Shown here in pieces: positions 26,757-39,529 of a stretch of DNA of 64,000 nt (position 1 is the stretch's first letter; each line of letters opens with the position of its first letter). Origin of the DNA: Octopus vulgaris (lineage: Eukaryota); the NCBI GenBank assembly GCA_951406725.2, contig OX597814.1, forward strand, positions 101,990,001 to 102,054,000. Direction: 5' to 3'. The position numbers were made by a program, and so were the translations under genes. The notes beneath the pieces were generated by a model that was not told where the DNA came from, ran no database searches, and saw only the letters and a list, made by a program, of their open reading frames with translations.

Positions 26757-29002
26757 ATGACAATGAAGGGAATATTCATTTTGGCTTTTGCTTACTTCAT
26801 GAAAACTTTTATTAAAGTGACTGCGAATTGTCAAACAGACTGCCCTGATGTTTGCAACTGTACTGAGATTATATTCAGCCGCTGTACTGTAATCTGTAAA
26901 GATCAAAATCTAACTCAAATGCCTGTTTCTTTTCCAAAGAATGCTACGTCAATAGATTTAAGTCGAAATCGTATTAAAAGTATTCCAGCGGATAGTTTGA
27001 AGCACTTAAATTTATTAGAGGTGCTGAAACTTGATGATAATCTTCTTGAACGTTTTCAACCGACCGTCTTTGAAGGTTTGTGGTCCTTGAAAGAACTCTC
27101 GTTAGAGTACAACCGACTAACTATGACTTATAAATCCTTTCCTATAAACCTGTTCCAAAATTTAACAAAAGTGAAAATTCTGAAATTACGAGGTAACTCA
27201 TTACTACGTAACCGTGCAACCTATATCGATAAAACTATTTCTTATTTAACTTCACTGGAACAATTATTTATGACAGGTACTAAATACAGTTACTTTGGAG
27301 CGGGGTATACAAAACTGTCAAACTTAAAGTATGTTAGCTTTGCTACAAAGCGAAATAAATCAAATCTGCGCTCCGTCACGGGTGGCACCTTTGTCAATAT
27401 ACCATATGTTGCCTACTTGAATGTCAGTTACTCTCAATTAGCTGTAATTGATAAAATAGCATTTCGATTTTTAAATAATCTAAGAGTTCTAGATATTTCA
27501 AATAATAATATTTGTGACGGATACGGTGATTTCTTCTCAGGTTTCCAGTTAACTCATCATCTTGAATATCTTGCCCTCAATAATATCATTGCTAGGAATA
27601 ACCTTGGAATGCCCTTATATGCGAGACAAGGATCACAATTACATCATACATCACTGAAAAGATTCGAGTTTAGTTATAACAGACTGGAATATATTGAGCC
27701 CAATTTTATTTCTTCTTTGCCCAAAACATTGGAATACGCATATTTGAGAAATAATATATTAACATATGGAAAATATTTGCTTGAAATCAAGACTTTAACC
27801 AACATTAAATTAATTGACATTAGTACGACGTTATCACATAAAAACCTTCCATTATTTCGTTATAAATTACTCAATAGGGATACTACTTACAGTTTTACAA
27901 TCTCTAAATCTCTTAAAACACTCTTACTACAAGGTTGCCACTATCAATTTCCGATACCACCATTCCATATAAAAGATGCAAATGCAATAAGATTAATTAA
28001 TGCAACGAATAATTTATTTTGTCCATGGAGTGGCCCAGTCCGAGGCTTAGAACAATTACAAATTCTGGATTTAAGTCACAACCAATGCAATAATATCAGT
28101 AACGAATTCTTCACATATTTCACTGGTCTGCGACTTTTGAATATCGAAAATAACGCAATAGGAATTTCAGAGCAAGTTGCCAAAGAAGGTTTCAGCAAAG
28201 CTTTTCAAAATTTAACCAGCCTTGAGGAATTATATCTTTCAAATAACAACATTCAATATTTATCAAACAACAGTTTGTTACAGCTGAAAAATCTCAGAAT
28301 CTTAAATTTACGCAACAATTTATTGGAATCTTTTGATGTAAAGATTAGTCATATGTTAAATTTATCATATTTAGATTTATCTAAAAACGTTTTACAGGAA
28401 CTGTCGGAAAACACTTTTAATGCTATTGAAAAAATATCTGAACACCATAAATTCACTGTCAACATCCAAAGCAATAATTTGAAATGTGGTTGTGCACAAA
28501 TAAGATTTCTCACTTGGCTGCACAAAGTACGGAATTCAGGTCGTTTGAAAATAATGTACTCGAAATGTACTCATCCTAACGGAACAGTGTGGGAGTTGAC
28601 AGACAGTCGGCTTCCTTTGATTATAACCTATCTTAACCATAGTTGTTCATCATTTATCGGTATAATTATCGCTGTAACATGTCTTATTGTGCTTCTGGGT
28701 TGCTTTTCTGTTGGAGCTCTTGTTTACCATTTTAGATGGAAACTACGATATTTGTATTACATGATCCGAGAACGATACGCATATCAGAGAATACAAACTA
28801 GGGAATATCTTTATGACGCTTTTGTATCTTATGCAGAAGAAGATCGAGGTTGTGTTGTTGAATATCTAATTCCAGAACTTGAAGAAAAGGATACGTTTAA
28901 ACTGAATATCCATCATCGAGATTTTCCTGCAGGGAAGCAGATTGCTGAAAATATATTGTTTGCTATCCAATCGAGTCGAAAATGTCTTATTTTACTGAGC
29001 AG
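26757..29002 (+). CDS. Toll-like receptor paralog B, coding exon 1 (signal peptide, LRRNT, LRRs, LRRCT, TM, N-terminal half of TIR)
   Basis: 749-aa ORF with hydrophobic N-terminus, CQTDCPDVCNC LRRNT, many LxxLxLxxN repeats, NNLKCGC..CTHP..C LRRCT, TM IGIIIAVTCLIVLLGCFSVGALVY, TIR box1 YDAFVSY and box2 LNIHHRDFPAG; ends at AG|GTAAAT donor (29002/29003). Confidence 0.96.
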
Positions 29003-29584
29003 GTAAATGTTCACCGTTTATTAGTATTCTATCAAAATGTATTAATTTTATTTCTAACCTTTTCCTTTCATTTTTTTCCTTACGTTTTGATAAATTTTAG
29101 CTATTTTTTAAAAGAAATTAAATCGTCAATCCCAACACATTACTTGAAGTGTTTAAATAAATCTTGCATTTCGGGGTGGTCACTTTTTTTTTGCCAAATA
29201 AACACACACACTATATATTTTTTCTTCACTCGTTTATTACTGTTCTTATTTTATTATTTTAACTCGTGTTCACCGCCCGGAAACTTTTCGCCACACATCT
29301 GTGACCTCTTCAGTGACACTTTTCGTTTTCGTGTGTTTTCTTGCACCAAAAACTGGATTCTGTCTTGAAGAAAAAGATATGTCGAAATATAAAACTTATT
29401 ACAGCTTGGTAGCCATATGTTTTTATGAATATCTATTTGTAAGACATCTTATCTAACGCCATAGCCAGAGGGAGAGAATATAGGAGGAGAGAGAGAGGGG
29501 GAGGGAGAGAAAGGAGGAGGAGGATGAGAGAGGGAGAAAGTGTATGTAAAAGTAGGGAAGGTGGTAGCACTCTTTCTTTTTGGA

Positions 29585-29746
29585 GGGGTTAAGTCGATTA
29601 CATCGACTCCAGTACTTAATTTGTCCAGCCCGAAAGGATGAAAGGCGAATCGACTTCGGCGGAACTTGAACTCAGAACGTAGCAAAGGGTGAAATACCGC
29701 TAAGCATTTCGTCCAGCGTGCTAACGATTCTGCCAGCTCACCACCT
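29585..29746 (-). mobile_element. tRNA-derived SINE family 2
   Basis: Matches 16137-16360. Confidence 0.8.
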
Positions 29747-29760
29747 TAATAATAATAATA

Positions 29761-29851
<91 letters not shown>

Positions 29852-30544
29852 ATTATTATCATTATTAATTATTATTATTATTATTATTATTATTATTGTT
29901 ATTGTTGTTGTTGTTGTTGCTGTTGTTGTTGTTGTTGTTGCTGTTGTTGTTGTTGTTGTTATCTTACTTTTAGCATTAAGTTAAGTGTTTAATATTAGTC
30001 TATCTCTTCTGTAATACTCTCTCCCAATTTTCTCTTTCATTTATGCATGTTGTATTTTAGCTGTATCGTCTATTCCTAGATATTTGTGTGGGCGGTTGTG
30101 GTCTAATTCTCTAGTTCTTGTGTCTATGTCGATTGCAGTGTTTTCAGTGCTGAATAATTTGCCTCTTCTCAGGGTGACTCTGGCAATTTGTCCAGTCCCA
30201 TGATCATTCTGATGTCATTGCTGAAACTCTGAACAATTTCGGTAAGGTTTCTCTGTTCCATGGTGCTTTTAGCGAAAAGGTTTTGGCCAAAATTACACCA
30301 GGAGATGGTTTATTTTTTTATCCGTAGCACCTACAACCCATGGTGGTTTCGTTTAACAAATTTGTTAGCAGGATCTGAGAAAGGCAGAAAAGCAAGGGTG
30401 ACAGTGATTCTCCCTCGAAAATCCCTCTTCTTATCGATATAGGATAGGTTTTAATAACTTATGAGTCACTTTTTAACGTTATACTGGTTTTTCAGTTTGC
30501 CATTTCATGTTTAATGTATTTTAGTCCTGGTAGGGATACCTTAC

Positions 30545-30611
<67 letters not shown>

Positions 30612-30741
30612 TTAAAAGGATTGACGTAACTCTTCACAAAGGTAAACATACCAGCCGAAGAGCGCGATGCGATTGCCATAGATATTTTATTGGTTGGGCG
30701 ATATTTCGGCGGCAAGCCTGTCTTTGTCGAGTTCAAAAGGA

Positions 30742-31683
30742 AAAGTGATAAAAATTCAGAATTATAGAAATTCAAATCTAAAATATGAACGAGAGCAACC
30801 AGCGTCCAAACGTTGATAGAATGACATCATCAGTCTTCAAATTTCAATTTTACAGCTGGCAAAAACAAAAGGAAAGAAAAAGAGGGGAAAAGAAAAACAA
30901 GAATATATAATCAAAAAGTTTTGTGTAAATTTGATGAAATTCTGTCATTTTATTCATTCCACCAGGAGGTGATGTTAATAACCCGAAAACATTTCTCTCC
31001 TCGTGCATTTTTGAGTATTGAAAGTGTATCAGATTCAGAATATTTTCTGAGAGTATGCAGTTTCAGGTCTTTTTCAAAATTGCAGATGTTTGATGCAAAA
31101 TGTTCGGCAAGTTCTGTCGGACTACTATTATTGTGCCTGATGTCATAACTGTTGCCATTAAGTCTTTCATTTAATTGTTCTGTTCTACAACCAGCATAAA
31201 TCAAGTTGTGTTTCATGCATTCTGTTGCGTACACCAAACGGGAATCTCTACATGTCCCACCTCCTGTATAAATCATAACATTTCTGTTATTATTCCTCAT
31301 AACTTGACTCATGTTGTTTCACAATGAACAAGCCTCTCTTGAGGCTGTTTTTCAAGGTACAGCGTGCAGATACTCTAATGTTAGTCTTCTTGGAGTCAGG
31401 AGTAGAGGTTAATAATTTCCATCTAAAGGCTACAATATAATGTCTGGGAATTTTGCAATTTTGAAACAGACTTTTGAAACGAGGAGAAACATGTTTGCAG
31501 GTTATTAACATCATGCTTGGGAGGAATGAATAAAATGACAGGAGGGTTTCATCAAAACTGATTAAATATTCTTTTTTTTTCTTTTTTCCCTTTTTTTCGC
31601 CAGTTGTAAAATTGAACCCTGGTTGCTCTCGTTCATATTTTAGATTTGAATTTCTATAATTTTGAAATTTCATCACTTTTTCA
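30742..31683 (-). mobile_element. Penelope-like element: GIY-YIG fragment flanked by inverted terminal repeats
   Basis: TCRDSRLVYATECMKHNLIYAGCRTEQLNERLNG..ELAEHF; ~30742-31003 is the reverse complement of ~31478-31683. Confidence 0.8.
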
Positions 31684-31705
31684 CTCATCATCATCATCAT
31701 CATCA

Positions 31706-31745
<40 letters not shown>

Positions 31746-31769
31746 CATTATTATATTTTGTTTTGTATT

Positions 31770-34700
31770 TGTACAAGTTGACTCCCTGTCTCACCCAGAG
31801 ACCTCAAGAGACTACAAGTTAGAAGTTCAAGTTGGCATTACTAGAGTGCCATATTTTTGATTTTGTACAAAGTATTTTTCGAGAGAATGGCTGTCGAAAC
31901 ATGGGAAAATTATGTTCATTTTAGAAGTAATTTGATGATAAGATGATCGTGTCACCTTAAAATGACAGTAAAAGTGCTTGCTATTGTGTACACGTAAAAG
32001 TACTTTTGATGTTTACAGATTAAGATGCTTTTGTAATTACATAGACAATATTTTTCGTAGGATATGAGCAATTCCCATGAGCACCGTTTTTTAAATTTCT
32101 TCCAGTTTGGGATTTTCTTAGTATTTGAAATAGGTAACAATCAGCTCCCTTTGCATTCGTAGAGCACAGGTATTGCTTTAGTCTTGAGCTTCCACATTTT
32201 GTCAGTTTCTATTTCAAGGTGTTAATATTTGCCCAGTTTTTGGTAGTTCTTGACAGATACATTTATGTCGATTGAGACAATCATTTCGATGAGGAAGCAT
32301 GATTTTATCTGGAATCATTCAATATAATGTCTGGGCTATTTGCATCTATCTTTCTGTCAGTTGTGGACAGTAAAGTTCCAAAGGGGTGAGATGTGATCAT
32401 TTTCAAACACTGGAAATGGTTTGCGTTCCCATCAGTTTTTATCATGGGGTAGGTCCAGGTCTTTGCAATTATCCAGTGAATATACCTTGGCCGGACATTT
32501 GGGACAGACAATTGGCGGACGGAGATTTGGTTGAGCGAACATTTGACTGTGCAGACATATGGATAAACGTACATTTAGCCGAATGAAATTTTTAATTGTT
32601 TATTTTTATTTCTAATTTAAAGAAATGATAAATAGAATAAAAAGATAAAATCCTTGCATATAAATGTTTGGCAAATTTGCTGAAGGATAAAAAATATTAA
32701 TATTAATATAATTGTTTTATTCAAATTTGGTGAAAACAATGGATTAGAGAGAAGCGCACAAGGCCTTCCGCGGACAACAAATTCTCTAGAAGGATGGCAC
32801 AGAGTGTTTAATCAGAGAATGGCAATCAGTCATCCCACAGATTGCTGTCTGGTTTCAAACCTAAGAAGAGAGCAGTCTGATTGGGAGTTGACGATTGAGC
32901 AAGTGGTAGCAGGTGTGGAATTGAGGAAACCGAAGAAGTACTAGATCTTTAACGCAAGACTGAAGTCTGTCATTGAGAAATATGAAAAGTATTCGAGAAT
33001 TGATTTATTCGAAGCAATTGCCTACAATCTTTAGATAATTGTTTTACGTTTTATTCGATTTTAATAAAACAATTACATTCTAATTAAAATAAATACAATA
33101 TATCTTTTATCGTTTAGTAAATGTAAATATATATGTAAATGTTTGTATTATGAAAAGATGTTATCTTTTTCTCTTTTTCATCCATTGCTGTTTATACCAA
33201 ATTTTAATAAAGCAATTACATTAAAATTAATATTTTCCACCCTTCAGTAAATTTACCAAAAATTTATATGAAATGATTTGTCTTTTTACCATATTGATCC
33301 CTCTTTTCAAATTAGAAATAAAAATACACAATTAAACAGTTCATTCGGGCAAATGTCCGTTTATCCATATGTACACTCGGTCAAATGTCCATCGGTCATA
33401 TATCCGGGAACAGAATGTATTGTGCCACTCTGTCATACCTATTGTACTACTCTGCGGGCACAAGAAGGCTGCACATGAAGATAACATGATCGATAATTTC
33501 AGCCTTTTGTGTACATACAGGAAATGTTGGGTTACTGCCGTACTTTAAGATATTAACCTGATAGGTAGGTATTGATCCTAGTCTGCTATGATAAGCCCTT
33601 CTGTCTCTGATTTTAAACCAGAAGACGCTAACGATCGACTTCAGCATTATTAGCTCTCTTTTGGCATTTGCAACTGAGAGGTTTTTCTTGCCATCTATCA
33701 GTAAGAATATCTAAGACAGCAGTTTTAGCAAGGGTTTCCATACGCTTAGCTTTTCTGTAATTGTTTCCAGCGCGTCTAATTCTGGCACTTGCTTTATTTG
33801 GATATGCCTTAGATATTTCCTTGTCGGTTTTGTTATTGAGTATGAGATTTTCTTGTTTTTATGCTTTAAGACAAGTTTTAGCATCCAGCCATCAGAATTT
33901 ATCAGGTAAATGTTTAGGCCATTTGTGGCAATCTTCATTGTCTGTTCAAGTGGTAAGAGTCCGTGACCATCCTCTTTTCTTCGCAAGTAAAGTCGTTCTA
34001 CATCTGCTTTAGGGTGGTGAATTCTATTCAGTGTCAACCATTTTCAAGTTTTTCTATCAAGCTTACAGATTTCAGTAGTTGACCAATTAATAATATTGAA
34101 TCTGCAAGTCGCGATCGCTATGGCTAAAGTATTAGTCGCTTTGATCTTGTTTCTTGCATTTAGCCCTGTCTTGAGTACTACATTTACCCTGCGATAACAT
34201 TCTTTTCTGATCTTTTCCCTGATTATTGAATGTTTGATTCCATCATCTTCACATACCCTTAAGTATTTGTGACCCACTTCTTGTTCTAACTCCTTTATAA
34301 CATTATTTTGCTCAAGTTTAACGTTGGATGTTTCTATCATTTTCCGTCTGATAAAAGTAGATTTTGAACATTCAATAGGCTAAATTCCATCCTGATGCCA
34401 TACTAAACTGTTTTATAATTCCTAGTAAGCCCCGGAGCTGCTGGTCATTTTTCAAAGAGCTTTAAATCATCCATGTGAAAGAGATGATTTTTATTTTATT
34501 AAAAATTTTATTGCTACATTTTAGTTCATCGAGCAATTTGGAAAGAGGTATTACGATTAGACAAAAGAGGAGTGGTAATAGAGAGTCACCCAGAAAAATG
34601 CCACTCAATAATGTCAATCAATAAACAGACCTCATTGTTTTCCTCTTCCACAGCAATATCTGTTTCATTAGCTTTGAATGTCCAGTCTGTACAGCAAAGT

Positions 34701-35060
34701 CCCAAAGAATCGTTACAATTTCTCCTTCAGTTACAGCCTCAATGTGGTTCTTGAACCATTTGTCAACAGTTTTGATTTTATAATGCCGACAGATTAACCA
34801 GTGTAGATATTGAACAAATCTGTCATGTCTTGATTTATGCTCTGTACGCGCAAAAACATTACACCCAAAGATTAGGTGGTCCACTGTTTCTATCTCATCG
34901 TTGCAGTATCGGTATTTTGAGTCCACTCCATTTTTCATCACATTGGCTTGGTAGTTACGGGTCTCTGATCTTGGAGCAGCTAAGATAAAGCTTTCGTTCT
35001 CTGCATTTATATCTGAGCTCTGTAGCCACTGATGTGTGCTTCTGGTCTGCATCAGCTACT
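31770..35060 (-). mobile_element. R4/Dong-type LINE fragments (RT, CCHC, REL), rearranged and interrupted
   Basis: HLFHMDDLKL, HKYLRV, HHPKADVERLYLRRKEDGHGL, ENESFILAA, ETVDHLIFGC..RHD..LHW, ILWDF, NSPDII; adjacent to (TAA)n tracts. Confidence 0.8.
32490..33408 (+). mobile_element. MULE/Mutator non-autonomous element nested in the R4 LINE
   Basis: Inverted termini (catatggataaacg / cgtttatccatatg); internal PRTTNSLEGWHRVFNQ..HP..LRREQ transposase C-terminus at ~32760-33030. Confidence 0.75.
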
Positions 35061-37140
35061 GCACAGCACGGAATTTTTGTCAGTGAACAGGTTGCGGTTT
35101 CAAAGCGACAAATTAAATTTAAATGCTGAAGTGAATCTAACGGTTTTTGTGTGTTTTTAAATGGCTTATAAACACCTTCCACGCTGCAATTGTGTTACAG
35201 AATGTTACGAACCAAACGATAAATTTATACGCTCCACCAGCCATCTTCATTTTTCAAAAATCTCAGTGTATATCATATGTCTCAGAAGCAAGCGGAAGGG
35301 ACTTTGATAACAGTGGGTAACAAACTGTTCGGCAGATATTGGAAGGCACATGATCAGGCACATTTTGTCGATCAAGACACTTCATCTGTACCCTGTAACA
35401 TTCAAGAAGCTGGTAAAAGAATTGAACTCCTGGCATTGGATGAAATTGTAATTTAAAAGAATTCCCTTCTGATAAAATGTCAGTCGTTACTCATTCTGAT
35501 GATGGATGTGTAAAGCAGGGAGCTAGATCTTTTTCCGTCCAGGGGTTGATAATTAATGGTCACTACAGACCTCTACCGGCTCTGCTTGTAGCATCACAAG
35601 CGAGAAATAACCTAGCTAACTCGGAAATTACTAGTACTTTCGCTACTAGAAGCAACAAATAATATCCCGGTTAAAATATTATTTGAAAAAACTGATTTTG
35701 TTATCTCGGACTAAACATCACACAATGTTGAGATTGAAGAGATCGTAGCAGGAAATCTCAGCACAGAACACGTACCTGAACATCTGTTTTGCAATGTGCA
35801 CCCTTCACTTATGTTCAATCGAGTAATAACAACAGTGGAGTGACATCGAGAACGCAATTGGTCGAGACAAAATTTATTCGAATTTTCTTGTAAATGCAAC
35901 ATCGAGCTCATCCAGTGTCACTGTTTAGGCTCTTGACTGCATAACAAGATTAATCAGTCATGAAACAAAGCCGGTGAATTCGACAAGCACATTGAACCAC
36001 GGGTTAATCAATTCGTTGCCCTGAAGAATGAAAGCTTTAACCGTCTTACTACTTGTGCAATAACTTTGTACGACCTGGATGATGTGACATTGTAGCTGGC
36101 GAAATACGAGCATGTTACAAGCTAATTAGCTTGTTTCCTTCGATAGATCTATATTTCCTCAAAGTCTCGTATTGCACAGGAATGCTGATTGGACTGCACC
36201 TTGTCGAACCATTCCTTTCGCTCGCAACAAGCACAACCGACTCAAAACTGCTTTCAAAAAACTTTATGATGACCTTTCCACAGGGAATCCAAACCGATTG
36301 CTAAATGTACATAGTCCTGCATTCAGTTTCGAATCTTCTAGCAGATTCCAGGAAACCAGATATGGTGAAGATATATATTGTTCTGTTGAAGCTATTGCAA
36401 CCGAATGGAAGACAAAGGTATTAAAAGTATTGTCGAAGCTTCGTCCAAAGTTAATGGATGGTTTCCAGAACCAGAAGAGTTCTGTTTAGTTTTGGAAACA
36501 TCATCAAAGTGTTTCTCCTTGTTTCGATAAACATGGAATTAACTAAACTAGAGAGAGTTCATATTTATAACCTCGACTCAGAACGCAGTGTGGGATTTAT
36601 CAACTATGAGTTGAATCGTCGAGGTGCCAAGCAACTCAAATTAGCATCTTCTTCCCAAGTTAAATCCAAGTCGGTTGATCTAATTGAATGTCGAGAGCCC
36701 GAGGCATTCAGGCAATATACGAAACGCACTAAACGTGGGGGAGGGGCGAGTGCCTGACATCATTAAAGATTAGGATAGCCACCGACAGCAGTTGATGGTG
36801 GAGAGACTGGAGAAGAAGAAAATCTCCAACACTGCAGTGAATAGACGACGAAACCATGGTGTACCGTTTACTAGCAACACTGAGGTAGATACCTATCTCA
36901 TAGCAAATATACTAGATAAAGGAAAGGTCGATAAGCTGTATTTAGAAATCAGGTTTTCCAGAAACATTGCACTATCTGTGCCAAAAAACCAGTAACATTT
37001 TCCGTCTTAAACAAAATTATCAAAAACAGTCAATGGAACGATGAATTTACTTGGATAATGTGAGTTGCAAGACAGACTAAGTTTCGTCACATTTTTGTGG
37101 CTCGAAGACTTTTAGACAACTTAAACACCTCCCACCTACT
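35060..37140 (+). mobile_element. Degenerate DNA-transposase-like sequence, family uncertain
   Basis: Fragmented reading frames with HLFCNVHPSLMF (CxxH) and NLDSERSVGFINYE; many stops. Confidence 0.45.
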
Positions 37141-37507
37141 GCAGTGTATATTTCAATAGATCGCTTTTGAATTGTGCTCTGTAACTGTGGCACAGCACAA
37201 GGTTGGATATACCACAAAGAATATCCCGATTCCCTCCAACCATTTTACACATGGATACTACCGTATAAGGTGAGCTCCGGTGATGAAGAACCCACTCCAT
37301 ACTATTTCTTTCTTTCTTTTTCTTTCTTTGCTCCCTTCTTTATCTTTTTCTTTTTCTCCTTCTTTCTCTTTCTCCCTCTCTTTCCCTCTCACACTTTCTT
37401 TCTCCTTTCCATGTCTTCACACCCCCAGCTTTTACCAGCAAATTATGACAATAATTATTTCGTATTTTTAAGTTATAACATTAATGTATGATTTCGTTTA
37501 ATTTCAG

Positions 37508-37745
37508 GAACTTTTTGGCAAGTGAATGGTGTATGTTTGAATATAACATGGCTAAAATGGAATGTGTTCACGCTGAAAGAGATTTGGTAATTGTCATAAT
37601 GCTCGAAGAATTCTCTGTAGACATTCTACCTTTGCAATTAAAGCATCAAATCAAAATGCAGAGTTATATATGTTTTCCGACTGAGAACGCGACGACAAGT
37701 GATGTTTTCTGGAATAATCTTAAAAAATCTATACGAGAAGGTTAA
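37508..37745 (+). CDS. Toll-like receptor paralog B, coding exon 2 (C-terminal half of TIR)
   Basis: TTTCAG acceptor ends at 37507; phase-2 join AG|G gives LLSR-NFLASEWCMFEYNMA...VIVIMLE...SYICFP...FWNNLKKSIREG*, completing the TIR domain in frame. Confidence 0.93.
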
Positions 37746-38324
37746 TAACAGTATGATCGATTTAAATTATATTTCAATTTTATAACGGTATCACTGAAAG
37801 AACATTTTGTAATTTTCTTCTTATGCGTGTGCATCAAAATTATAAATTCATGTATGTGTGAGAGAGACAGAAATCTTACAGAAAATTGCTATGCTGTTCA
37901 GTAAATATTCATTACAACCTTTAACTTTAATTAACAAAAAAGCATGTTGTTTCTTTGTATGCAGTCGCAGTCATTTGTATATTTTCAAGATCAATATTTT
38001 GTTGATCATTGTATAATTTGTTTTATGTGCTAATTGCTTGCGATTGTATATTATCAATTTACTATATATATAATTGTTCGTAATTTTTTTTCTGTAATAT
38101 ATTTGCAATCGAGGAACTCGTTTTTGCAATGTTCTGCCCACTTCGAAACTGTAACAAATAAAGATTATACATTTGAAAACGCCCATGTATCACGAATTTT
38201 TAATAATCTGTTGAAATTTCAAACAAAACCTGTATATTATCCATGGTATAACATCACTCTAGATTCTCAAGCAGAATATTTTACAGACATTTTTGCGAGG
38301 CTCTTGATCGCACCTGAAATGACC

Positions 38325-38680
38325 CCTGGTAATTTGTGACAAACTCTGCTGGTCATTACAAAAGTTACACTTGCTGATAAGTTGAAGGCATGTTCCAAAG
38401 AAACTGTTATTTTGAGACAAGTAGAAAAACAACATCTTTCATCGAAAATTAGAGTGCCTCTTAATGCAAATATCTCAGCAGCCCAAATTGCAAAGATTTT
38501 ACTTCAAACAGGGGCAATGGTCAGTTTCCAGGTGTCAGCGAGAGTAAAGATTTTATAATTCAAAACACTTGTCAAGAAATTCTATTGCAATTTTACCCTA
38601 GACCTTTGCGGAATTGCAAAAGCCCAAAGCGGTTTCTGAACATGCATACCCAGATCCTCAAAATGACATTATGCAAGATA
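38325..38680 (+). mobile_element. Helitron helicase fragment
   Basis: GNL*QTLLVITKVTLADKLKACSK..RQVEKQHLSSKIRV..QIAKILLQTG, resembling GDFRQTLPV..LSTNMR..LLQIG. Confidence 0.7.
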
Positions 38681-38899
38681 TTAATACCATTACAATTCAA
38701 TAGATAATGATCGAATTCCGGTTTTAGGAACCAAACTCAATGTATTAATCGTTAACAATAAGGCCAGCAACAACAGTGTCCCTGATCATATATATAGAGT
38801 AGTAACAGAAAGGAGGAATTTCGATTATCCCCACGTGGTGAGTTGTAATGTATCTAAGAGATTAAAAAGGAAACTACGCACACTTACATATTTTTAATA

Positions 38900-39525
38900 T
38901 AATTTTTAATATATCAACTGGTTTCGCTCTCGCTATTCATGATATTATGTTTTACTTATTTGAATATGTATTTTTCTTAAGAAGAAATTTTGTTGTGTGT
39001 GATGATATTTACGAGTGAATGACTCCACAAGTAGACAAATAAGGGGAGGTATTGGTTATCGTTATTATTGTTATTGTTGTGGGTATGGAAGATAACTGTT
39101 CAGCTTTCGGTAATGAGAGGGGAATATATATGTGCAGACAAAAACAAGTTTTGAAAATCTTGTTTAATGAGGGGATTTATGTACAGTGATGTAATCGTGA
39201 GTTGAAATATGTAAAAAGATAAAAGTTGGTTATGCGTGCATACTAAGACGTGTTCTGTATTTTTCAATGAAAAAATTTCTTTATTTAAACGTCTTGTGGA
39301 GATATTGTGTCTTTGCACTGTGAAATTTGGTTTGATGTTATCTGCACATTTTTCTATATGTTCACAGAGAGGAATTTGCCTGTATTGCAGGAAGCGGATT
39401 TGATCTTTATATAGAGTGGTTCTCTTTCTCAAGGCCATACCCGTTTGTCCAATATCGTTGTGTCCGCAACCCGAGCAGGTTATTGCACAAATTAGGTTCG
39501 CGCCGTCATAACTGATCTCCCACAT
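38900..39525 (-). mobile_element. Penelope-like element 3' part (GIY-YIG)
   Basis: ANLICAITCSGCGHNDIGQTGMALRKRTTLY..IPLCEHIEKC. Confidence 0.75.
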
Positions 39526-39529
39526 CCTA

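Noticed and set aside
28982-29368. 128-aa ORF following TLR-B exon 1
   Set aside because: Out-of-frame intronic T-rich sequence with no TIR similarity; the true continuation is at 37508
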